This document shows, one piece after another, positions 46,074 to 54,076 of a stretch of DNA of 64,000 bases. The notes under the pieces are model-generated. The model was not told where the DNA came from. It did not search any database and saw only the letters and a list, made by a program, of their open reading frames with translations. Within the stretch, counting starts at the first letter, position 1. Every line of letters begins with the position of its first letter. The DNA lies in contig CAVQBD010000002.1 in assembly GCA_963710645.1 (NCBI GenBank), forward strand, positions 74,828 through 138,827, in the 5' to 3' direction. The stretch comes from an uncultured Holophagae bacterium (lineage in GTDB: Bacteria; Acidobacteriota; Thermoanaerobaculia; Thermoanaerobaculales; Sulfomarinibacteraceae). The translations under genes were made by a program, and so were the position numbers.

Positions 46074-47843
46074 TCAATTTGCGTACATTGACTCTATGAG
46101 TTCGGTGTAATCCTTCTCCACCGCCCGGCGCTTGACCTTCAAGGTCGGCGTCAATTGGCCGGATTCGATGGACAGCATCAGCGGCAATACCTCGAACTTC
46201 TTGATCTGTTCGTAGCGCGCCAGATCCTTGTTGGTGTCATTGATGACCCGAGCGAACTCGGCCTTGAGATCGGGATGGCGGGTGAGTTCCTTGAACGAGG
46301 TGTGGGTGTAGCCCTTGCTCACGGCCCACTTCTCGACCTCCTCTTCATTGGGGGACAGGAGGGCGATGATGAACGGGCGGCGATCGCCGATCAGGACCGC
46401 GTTGTCCACCAAGGGCGAACGTTTGAGTTCGTTCTCGATGGGCTGCGGCGCCACGTTTTTTCCGCCGGCGGTGACGATCAGGTCTTTCTTGCGATCGGTG
46501 ATGCGGATGAATCCGTCGCCGTCGATTTCCGCGATGTCCCCGGTCAGGAAGAACCCCTCCTCGTCGAAGACTTCGGCGGTCTTCTCGGGGAGGTTCCAGT
46601 AACCCTTCATGACGTTGGGTCCACGACAGCAGAGTTCTCCATCGTCAGCGATTTTCACCTCCACGTCGTCGATGGGTTGGCCCACTGTGCCCAGACGCGT
46701 CATGTTGGGCGTGGCTCCGTTGACTGCGATCACCGGCGAGGTCTCGGTCAGGCCGTAGCCCTCGAGGATCCAGATTCCCAAAGAGTGAAAGAATTCGTTG
46801 ACGAAGAGCGGCAGCGGGGCGCCGCCGGAGACACAGAATCGAAGCCGTCCGCCGAGGGCCTCACGTACCTTGGACAACACGATCTTGTCGGCCACGGCGT
46901 GGCCGAATCCGAAGGACTCCTTGCCAGCCAATCGCTGAGGGTAGGCCTTGCGGCCCGCTTCTAAAGCCCAGTTGAACAGGGCGCGCCGGACCGGCGGCGC
47001 AGAGTTCACCTTGTCCACGATTTTGTCGTAGACCTTCTCATAGAAGCGCGGCACGCCGGCGAAGACGGTGGGCCGGATCTGGGCCACCAGATCGCCCACG
47101 TGGTAGACCGAGCAGTAGGCCTTGGTGGTGGCCACCGACATATAGAGATAGCCGAGCATCCGTTCGAAGACGTGGCACAGCGGCAGGAACTCGAGAGCGA
47201 AGTCGTCGGGGGCGATGGGCGCTCGACCCACGGAGGCCCTGACGTTTGACAGCAGGTTTTCGTGGGTGAGCGACACCCCTTTCGGGTTTCCGGTGGTGCC
47301 GGATGTGTAGATCAGGGTCAGGACGTCGCTTCCCTGAACGCGTTCGGCCCGCTGCCAGAAGAGGTCCCCCGCGTCAGGCGAGTCACCGGATGAAATCACA
47401 TCTCCAAACATCAGAACCCCGTCACCGGGTTCGCCGTCAATCTGGATGAGATGTTTGAGATCAGGGCACTCGCCCCGAATTTCGAGGAATTTGGCCATCT
47501 GATCGGCGTTTTCGACCACCGCAGCCACGGCCCCGCAGTCCTTCGCCTGGTAGGCCACCTGCTGAGGGTTCAGGGTGCCGTAGACCGGGACGTCAACCCC
47601 GCCCAGGTCCATGGTCGCGAGATCGGTGACGTGCCACTCCGGGCGGTTGTCCGACATCAGCATGACCCGATCGCCTTGGCCGATGCCGAGCTTCTCGAAG
47701 CCGGCTGCCAGCCCGGAGGTCATCCGAAAGAACTCGGCCGTGCTGATTGTTCGAGTCCCCTCGAGCGTGTAGTGGTAGTAGTGTTTGTCTCTCGGTGCGT
47801 CGACCTCGTGCCGGTACAGGTCCAGGATATTTCTTTCCGTCAT
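46074..47843 (-). CDS. fadD: Long-chain fatty-acid--CoA ligase (AMP-forming)
   Basis: AMP-binding motifs (IYTSGTTGNPKGV, GYGLTETS, TGDI, DRKKDLI). Confidence 0.85.
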   Translation of the reverse strand: MTERNILDLYRHEVDAPRDKHYYHYTLEGTRTISTAEFFRMTSGLAAGFEKLGIGQGDRVMLMSDNRPEWHVTDLATMDLGGVDVPVYGTLNPQQVAYQAKDCGAVAAVVENADQMAKFLEIRGECPDLKHLIQIDGEPGDGVLMFGDVISSGDSPDAGDLFWQRAERVQGSDVLTLIYTSGTTGNPKGVSLTHENLLSNVRASVGRAPIAPDDFALEFLPLCHVFERMLGYLYMSVATTKAYCSVYHVGDLVAQIRPTVFAGVPRFYEKVYDKIVDKVNSAPPVRRALFNWALEAGRKAYPQRLAGKESFGFGHAVADKIVLSKVREALGGRLRFCVSGGAPLPLFVNEFFHSLGIWILEGYGLTETSPVIAVNGATPNMTRLGTVGQPIDDVEVKIADDGELCCRGPNVMKGYWNLPEKTAEVFDEEGFFLTGDIAEIDGDGFIRITDRKKDLIVTAGGKNVAPQPIENELKRSPLVDNAVLIGDRRPFIIALLSPNEEEVEKWAVSKGYTHTSFKELTRHPDLKAEFARVINDTNKDLARYEQIKKFEVLPLMLSIESGQLTPTLKVKRRAVEKDYTELIESMYAN

Positions 47844-48478
47844 GTCCCCTCTCCCCCGTGTTGGTCGGGGACAACCATTCCGTGGGTGAGCAGGTTCATG
47901 AGCGGGGTGCTCAAACGTACGAGATCGCCGGGATCGTCCGCCAACAGCCAGCTGTTGACGAGCTCGTCGACCGCCCCGAATACAAGGCTGGTCGCCAGGC
48001 CAGGGCTCAGATCGCGGCGAAACACCCCTTTATCCTGTCCCTCTTGAATGATTGCCCTCAGCAGATCGAGATACTCGCCAAGTCTACCACGCATGAGCAA
48101 GCTCATGAACCGCCTGGAATGACGAGTCTCGATTTGCAGCACGTGGGCGAGAGAACGATCCCTGGCCAGGGTCTGGAGGTGGAGTCGCACCATGATCTCC
48201 AATTTGGCGATCGGGTCCTCCACATCTTCGATTTCCGCCTTGAGCTGTGAGATGAAATGGCTGAGGACGTCGTCGAAGATGCTGATGAGGAGGTGCTCCT
48301 TGCCCTCGAAGTAGAGATAGAGCGTGCCGTCCGCCACCGACGCGGCGGTGGCCACGTCCGACATCCGGGACGAGAAATAGCCCTTCATGGCGAACTCGTC
48401 GATGGCGGCCCTCAGGATCCGTCGCCGCTTCTCCTCGCGCTGGGAGTCGTTGTTGCTGCCGGAGTCGTCTTGAGTCAT
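47840..48478 (-). CDS. TetR-family regulator (FadR-type, coupled to fadD)
   Basis: HTH region (RRILRAAIDEFAMKGYFSSRMSDVATAASVADGTLYLYF). Its stop overlaps the fadD start (ATGA). Start chosen at ATG 48478 so that the palindrome at 48491-48508 lies upstream. Confidence 0.8.
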   Translation of the reverse strand: MTQDDSGSNNDSQREEKRRRILRAAIDEFAMKGYFSSRMSDVATAASVADGTLYLYFEGKEHLLISIFDDVLSHFISQLKAEIEDVEDPIAKLEIMVRLHLQTLARDRSLAHVLQIETRHSRRFMSLLMRGRLGEYLDLLRAIIQEGQDKGVFRRDLSPGLATSLVFGAVDELVNSWLLADDPGDLVRLSTPLMNLLTHGMVVPDQHGGEGT

Positions 48479-48490
48479 TCTGCCCCCGAC

Positions 48491-48508
48491 TGAATGAATG
48501 CTCATTCA
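48491..48508. promoter_or_regulatory. Candidate TetR/FadR operator palindrome
   Basis: TGAATGA-ATGC-TCATTCA is a perfect 7-bp inverted repeat 13 nt upstream of the tetR ATG. From memory, the half-site resembles the Bacillus FadR (YsiA) box; this needs verification. Confidence 0.45.
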
Positions 48509-48718
48509 AATCTCTTCCAAGCGAGCCGCCGTGTCAAGTGTCCCGCCCGTCCACCCGCCAACCCGGATGCTCGATGCTGGATACTGGATGCTCGATCCGC
48601 CACCCACCCGGATACGAGATACGAGATCCCCCGCCCACCCGGGGAGGGGTGGGAGAAGAGGTGGGGAATTCACCATTGCCGAGGCTTGACAAGAAACCCA
48701 GGTGACCGATCATCTCGG

Positions 48719-48861
<143 letters not shown>

Positions 48862-48928
48862 CTCAACGGGCTCCTTGTCGCCCGGTCGGGCCCGAAGTAC
48901 CATTGGCCAGATCAGGACGGAGGTGGAC

Positions 48929-50362
48929 ATGACCGCACACGATAGCGATCCGCTGGGAGAGCGGATTCGGGTCTTCAACAGCTACCGCGAGCAATTCGCC
49001 AGCGCGCCCATCCGGCTCATGAGCCGAACCGTCAGTGCCATGAGGGCCATGGGATACGACGACTTGGCCACCGCCATCGGCGATCTCGATTGGCGGACTG
49101 TCCCTTCGGACGACCCCGAAGATCCGACCCTGCGAGAGGACTGGGGGCGCATGCTGGAAGCAGCCTTCAGCAATGTGGGGGGGTGGATGGAGCAGCTCGG
49201 AGCCCAGCCTCTCGGATACAACCTCGATTCCATAGGCTACCCAGCGGTGACCAGGGCCTGGTCCGGCATGTGGTCAAAACAGCTTGGAATCGATTTCGAA
49301 AACGCGCCCCAACGGCCCGCGCAGGTCTATATCTTTCACGGCGGAAATCAGGCGGTTCAGGCTGCGCTCCTGGGACTGGGCGAGGCCCACCGGGAGCGCT
49401 GCGGTACGCAGAAACCGCCGACGGTGATGGTTCCGCTGCCCACTTTTTCGTGCCCCATGGACCAGATCGCTCTTCAGGGAATGCAGGCTCTGCTGCTGCC
49501 GCCGGTAAGTCGGGGGATGGACCCCCATCCGGATGATCTGATGGGGGTACCGGACGATGTGGACATCGACGGTGTTTACATGATGCCGGTCAACAACCCG
49601 ACCGGACGAACCGTTCCGCCGGAACAACTCAGCGCCTTCATCGCGGCGGTACTTGACCGGTGGCCCCATGCCGGGATCATCCTCGACTCCGTCTATGTGA
49701 GGTTGCATCCCCGATATCGGGATCTGGTCGCGTTCTACGACACTGACGCTCGGTTCTCTGATTCCGTTGTCGTTATCGATTCGCTGTCAAAGACCCATGG
49801 CGTGACGGGTCTGAGGTCGGGAGCGATTCTGACCAGGGCCGAGAGATTCTGCGGTGGTATCACGCGGTACGCCCAGAATATCCTCGCCGGACCGTCGTGT
49901 GCCATGCAGGCGGTGGTTCTGTCCCTGTTGGCGCCCTTTTCCACGTGCGATGACCTTGCTAAGTACAGGATTCGACTCCAGCTTCGTATCGGGCGGCATT
50001 TACAGCGTCGGCGACGGCTTTTGCTCGAGAGGATTTTCGCCGACTGCGGGACGCTGCTCCACCCAGATCAGCCGCTGCTTCCCGACCCCGTCACCTTCGA
50101 CTGGGAGGGCTCCATGTACGCCGACCTCCAGCTCTCGGATCACTGTTTCGAGTTGGCGGCCCGGCACGGGGTGTCTCCCACCGTCGGTTTCTACCTCGAG
50201 ACCGGGGCCGCTGGGGTGCCGTTGGACGGATTTTGCCGAAACCCGAATCTCGAGAAGCACGGTCTGGTGGTCAACGGTGATTCTCCGAAGTTGAAGGAGT
50301 TCCAGGATCACACCACCCGCTTCGTTCGACTCTCCTTCGGGATGACTCCGCCCCCGGCGTAA
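48929..50362 (+). CDS. Class I/II PLP-dependent aminotransferase-like protein
   Basis: 477 aa from ATG 48929 with GGAGGTGG upstream. Motifs NNPTG and the PLP-lysine context [15 protein letters not shown]. The upstream 145 codons of the track ORF merely translate the repeats. Confidence 0.7.
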   Translation: MTAHDSDPLGERIRVFNSYREQFASAPIRLMSRTVSAMRAMGYDDLATAIGDLDWRTVPSDDPEDPTLREDWGRMLEAAFSNVGGWMEQLGAQPLGYNLDSIGYPAVTRAWSGMWSKQLGIDFENAPQRPAQVYIFHGGNQAVQAALLGLGEAHRERCGTQKPPTVMVPLPTFSCPMDQIALQGMQALLLPPVSRGMDPHPDDLMGVPDDVDIDGVYMMPVNNPTGRTVPPEQLSAFIAAVLDRWPHAGIILDSVYVRLHPRYRDLVAFYDTDARFSDSVVVIDSLSKTHGVTGLRSGAILTRAERFCGGITRYAQNILAGPSCAMQAVVLSLLAPFSTCDDLAKYRIRLQLRIGRHLQRRRRLLLERIFADCGTLLHPDQPLLPDPVTFDWEGSMYADLQLSDHCFELAARHGVSPTVGFYLETGAAGVPLDGFCRNPNLEKHGLVVNGDSPKLKEFQDHTTRFVRLSFGMTPPPA

Positions 50363-50365
50363 GTT

Positions 50366-50590
50366 CCGGGTTCCGAAAAAGTCGGTGCCAGGCACCTCCG
50401 AGAGAAGCATCTTTCTCCCCATGCGCTCCCCGAGGGAACCACCCCTGACACTTTTCGGGACTCATGGATTTGGAGAAGAGCCTCGATGCGATCAACCCGA
50501 AAGTGTCAGAAGTGGCACGCCCGCCCGTCGCGCCCTCTCGCTTCGGGTGGGCGGGCAGCGTTGCTGTCTACTGTTTACTGCCAACTGCCT
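50366..50590 (+). repeat. Mosaic intergenic repeat copy between convergent genes
   Basis: GTTCCGG GTTCCGA at 50366-50379. Module B core 50421-50437. Hairpin 50445-50459/50496-50509. Module C 50514-50534. G-box 50544-50555. CTACTGT-type heptamers at 50565-50590 run into the 3' end of the symporter gene. Confidence 0.8.
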
Positions 50591-52217
50591 GGCTGGGTGG
50601 GGGATTCGGAAACAGGAAACTCACCGCCACGGCGGCACCTGCCGCCAGGAAAAACGCCGGAACCAGCTCGTAGAGGAAGTGGAGTCCCCATTGTTGCACC
50701 AGCCACCATGACGTCAGGGTGAGGGCTGCGGCGGCGAGGGTGGCTGCGCTGTGACCCACATCGAATGAGTCGGTGATGCGCCCGATGATCAGAATGGTCG
50801 CGGCCAAGACGATCACCGCCCATGGCACTTTGGCAAATGCCTCAGGACTCTCCGCCGCCGTTCGCCCCAGCTTCCAGGCCACGGTCACGCCGACGCCGGT
50901 CAGCATGCCCGCGAGCGCACCGAAGCGACTCATCTTGGTGTCGAAGGCCGCGAACAGCACCAGGGGAGCGAAGGCTGCCCCAAGCCCGGACCACGCGAAA
51001 AGTACGAACCAGAACACGAGCCTGACCTCGGTCAGGGCGACCAGGACACCGAGGATGCCGATCACCACCACCGTCCAGCGGCCCAGGCGAAGGCTGCGCC
51101 GATCGTCGGTCTCACGGCCAAGGGTCTCCTCGACGATGTCATAGGAGACCGCCGATGCCGCCACCAAAAGTTGCGACGAAACAGTGGACAAAATGGCCGA
51201 GATTACGGCAGCCAGAAGCAGGCCCGCGAGGACCGGGTGGACGAGCTCGAGGGCCATCACCATCAGGGCCTGCTCGCCATCTGCCAGAGTGGGCAGCATG
51301 ACCCGTGCCGCCAGGCCCACCAGCCCGGCGCCGTAGAAGACGGCGATGCCCCACAGCATGGCGATCACTTTGAGGCGCCGGATTTCGGTCTGAGATTTCG
51401 TGGCCATGTAGCGGGTCACCACGTGCGGCATGCCCGGATAGCCGAGGCCGATGCCGAGCTCACCAACGATGAACCCCCACAGGGCGGGTCCGACCCGGTC
51501 TCCGCCGACGGTCAATAGGTGGGGGTCGATGGCCCCGAGTCCGTTGATCAGAGCACCAAACCCGCCGAGCCGGGCGATGGCATACAGCGGCAGGGCGATC
51601 AGGGCGAGCGCAACGAGCAGGCCTTGGAAAAGGTCGGTCCAGGCCACGGCGCGGAATCCGCCCATGAAGGTGACCGTGATAATGACCAGGGCACCGATCA
51701 TGACACCGAGCAGGTAGCCGGAACGGCCCTCCATCCCCAGACTCGACGAGAACGCCTTGCCGGCGGCGGTCATCTGGGCCGCGACATAGCCCAACATGCA
51801 GACCAGAATGATGGTGGTGGCGGTCACTCTGAGCACGTTGTGGGGGTCGCCCCAGCGGCGGGTGATCACATCGGTCATGGTGATCGAACCTTGCTGTGCC
51901 GACAGCTTTCGAAGCCGCGGGGCCACAACGTACAGGTTCACCAAATAGCCCAGCAGGCAGCCTGGCGCATACCACAGGCCTGCGAGGCCATGGGTGTAGG
52001 TCATCCCCACCGCGCCGAGGGTCACCCAGCCGGATTCTGAGCTTGCGGTGGAGGAGATCCCCGCTGCCCACGCTCCGAGCGATCGTCCGGCCAGGTGGAA
52101 GTCTTCGCCGCCGTGGGTGCGCCGACCGGCGCGCCAGCCGATGATCAGGAGGATGCCCAGATAGACCACCATCACCGCGCCGACGGTTGAGATCGTCGAA
52201 GGAGTGAGGGCGGTCAT
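50568..52217 (-). CDS. Sodium:solute symporter (SSS) family transporter
   Basis: 549 aa with about 13 TM helices and an SSS-type N-terminal region (HLAGRSLGAWAAGISSTASSESGW). Confidence 0.85.
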   Translation of the reverse strand: MTALTPSTISTVGAVMVVYLGILLIIGWRAGRRTHGGEDFHLAGRSLGAWAAGISSTASSESGWVTLGAVGMTYTHGLAGLWYAPGCLLGYLVNLYVVAPRLRKLSAQQGSITMTDVITRRWGDPHNVLRVTATTIILVCMLGYVAAQMTAAGKAFSSSLGMEGRSGYLLGVMIGALVIITVTFMGGFRAVAWTDLFQGLLVALALIALPLYAIARLGGFGALINGLGAIDPHLLTVGGDRVGPALWGFIVGELGIGLGYPGMPHVVTRYMATKSQTEIRRLKVIAMLWGIAVFYGAGLVGLAARVMLPTLADGEQALMVMALELVHPVLAGLLLAAVISAILSTVSSQLLVAASAVSYDIVEETLGRETDDRRSLRLGRWTVVVIGILGVLVALTEVRLVFWFVLFAWSGLGAAFAPLVLFAAFDTKMSRFGALAGMLTGVGVTVAWKLGRTAAESPEAFAKVPWAVIVLAATILIIGRITDSFDVGHSAATLAAAALTLTSWWLVQQWGLHFLYELVPAFFLAAGAAVAVSFLFPNPPPSQAVGSKQ

Positions 52218-52336
52218 TCTCCGGCCCTATTGCGCAGAGTTTCGCGAGCGGCGCTGACAGCGACGATCAGGGTCAGGGCGAGGGGGAAGCCCCACAACAG
52301 GAGGTGGGCGCCAAGAGTCAGGGAGTGCTCTTCCAT
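52214..52336 (-). CDS. Candidate 40-aa hydrophobic peptide coupled to the symporter
   Basis: Product MEEHSLTLGAHLLLWGFPLALTLIVAVSAARETLRNRAGE. Its stop overlaps the symporter ATG (ATGA). Small membrane ORFs upstream of SSS genes are a known arrangement. Not in the track because it is under 60 aa. Confidence 0.45.
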   Translation of the reverse strand: MEEHSLTLGAHLLLWGFPLALTLIVAVSAARETLRNRAGE

Positions 52337-52384
52337 ATCGTCAAGCCTACCAGCGTTGTCCGCTGGTGGTCAGGTCGCGCATTT

Positions 52385-53146
52385 CGAAATTCGATGTCCC
52401 CCAACCCACCCATGAGTCCAATGTCCAAAGTCGAAAGTCGAAAGTCGCCATCACCCACCCGACACGGCTGGGGCTTTGCTCTCGGGGCCCCTTGTCGATA
52501 CCAGGTGCCGCCACGGACACTGCAATCTCGCTGGGTTCAATCTACCGAATTTCGAAGCGCCGATTCTCCGACCGCGCTCCCCGTGAGGATGGGAAGGAAC
52601 TTTCAACGTTTGGTTCATCCGGGAAAGCGTGAGGTGGGGTTTCTGCGTGCCCGTCTCCGTGTGCGAAACAGCGACGGCAATCAGGGACAGCGTCCATGAT
52701 CGGCGGCTGCGTCAGCGATCGGGGGCCGCGGCAGTGATCAGCGGCGATTGCCCCGGATTGCGGTCGCTGTTCACCGATGCTGCCATCTGTCCCGGACACC
52801 GGTTGCTGTCCCTGCCCCGGCCGCTGCCGACTGCCCGTGACGCGGATTGCTGGCGCGGACGCTGACGCCGGAATCCGGGCCCCCGCGTTCGCTTCGATGC
52901 ACTGACTTCGACGCGCCCATCTTCCAACCGCGCTCCCCGAGGTTGCCCCCTTTAACATTGTTGGGACCTCAACGAGGTGGATTTCTCAATGCCTTGAATC
53001 CCAACAATGTTAAAGACGGCACGCCCGGTCAACGCGCCCTCCCCGCCACCGGGTGGGCGGGTGGCAAGGTTCAACGTTTAACGTGCAACTCTCATCAACG
53101 GCACGCCCGCCTATCGCGCCCCCGTTCCGGGCGGGTTGGTGGGTGC
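52385..53146 (+). repeat. Largest mosaic intergenic repeat array
   Basis: In order: (AGTCGAA)x3 around 52430-52450; left-end motif GGTTCATCC at 52612; module A 52621-52835; module B 52913-52942; 16-bp perfect hairpin 52951-52966/52999-53014; module C 53018-53038; G-box 53049-53064; a second module C 53100-53120; a second G-box 53128-53146. Confidence 0.85.
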
Positions 53147-53174
53147 TAAACTCCGGCGACTCGAAGGAGGAGCT

Positions 53175-54059
53175 ATGTCGCGGCGGATTTTGCTGACTGT
53201 GATGGTGGTTGCGATGGTCGCCGGTCCGGCGACCGCGGAGGATACGGCAGGTCCATTTCACGTGATGGTGGCCAATGACGACGGCATCGACGCGCCGGGC
53301 ATCGCGGCGATCGTCAAGGAGTTGGCAGCGGATCCGAGCTACCGCGTGACCGTGGTGGCGCCGGCCGAGCAGCAGAGTGTCACCAGCCATTCTCACGTGA
53401 CCAGACGCGAGGTTCCCGTGCGGCCCCATGCTCCGATGTCCGGGGCCACGGCGTGGTCGGTGGACGCCACCCCGGCGTCTGTGGTCCGCATTGGCCTGAC
53501 CGCGGTGCTCGCCGACGATATGCCCGATCTCGTGGTGTCGGGCATCAACCTGGGCGAAAATAATGGTCTGGGCGCATGGACCTCCGGGACCGTGGGAGCG
53601 GCTCGTGAAGCCCTTCTGGTGGGGGTGCCCAGTATTGCGCTGTCGCTGCAGCTCGACTGGGACGATCCGCAACCAGACTTCGAGACGGCGGCCCGGTGGT
53701 GCAAGCCGATCATAGATGCTGTCCGGCAGGACGGCCTGCCGAGAGGGGTCCTGCTAAACGTCAACGTGCCGCGAGACACCGAGGCCATCCGCGGCTACCG
53801 GTTGGCGCGAATGGGTCTGACCCCTCCGGAAATTGCGCGTTTCGACCTGGTTCGAACTGAAGACGGAACCACGTGGTACCGCAGCCGCTGGCGGCCTGCG
53901 CCCACGGCGGAGGCGGGAACCGACACCCGCGCCCTGCTCGATGGCTGGGTCGCGATAGCGCCCATCGGCCTGGATCAGACGGATTACAGTTCGTTCCCGT
54001 TGATTCAGGGCCTCGAAGAGGCCGTCATTCCGGCCGTCAGCACCGTTGGAATTCCCTGA
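53175..54059 (+). CDS. surE: 5'/3'-nucleotidase SurE with an N-terminal signal peptide
   Basis: SurE motifs (VANDDGIDAPGI, SGINLGENNG, SGTVGAAREA) preceded by MSRRILLTVMVVAMVAGPATAED. GAAGGAGG lies upstream of ATG 53175. Confidence 0.8.
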   Translation: MSRRILLTVMVVAMVAGPATAEDTAGPFHVMVANDDGIDAPGIAAIVKELAADPSYRVTVVAPAEQQSVTSHSHVTRREVPVRPHAPMSGATAWSVDATPASVVRIGLTAVLADDMPDLVVSGINLGENNGLGAWTSGTVGAAREALLVGVPSIALSLQLDWDDPQPDFETAARWCKPIIDAVRQDGLPRGVLLNVNVPRDTEAIRGYRLARMGLTPPEIARFDLVRTEDGTTWYRSRWRPAPTAEAGTDTRALLDGWVAIAPIGLDQTDYSSFPLIQGLEEAVIPAVSTVGIP

Positions 54060-54076
54060 GAGCGGGACCACGGCCG

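Noticed and set aside
52951-53014. Integron attC-like sites. The hairpin arms contain TCCCAAC / GTTGGGA, superficially like the RYYYAAC / GTTRRRY attC consensus.
   Set aside because: No intI gene is present. Flanking genes are ordinary housekeeping genes in mixed orientations rather than promoterless cassettes. The 50.4-kb copy has a different stem sequence lacking the AAC/GTT core.
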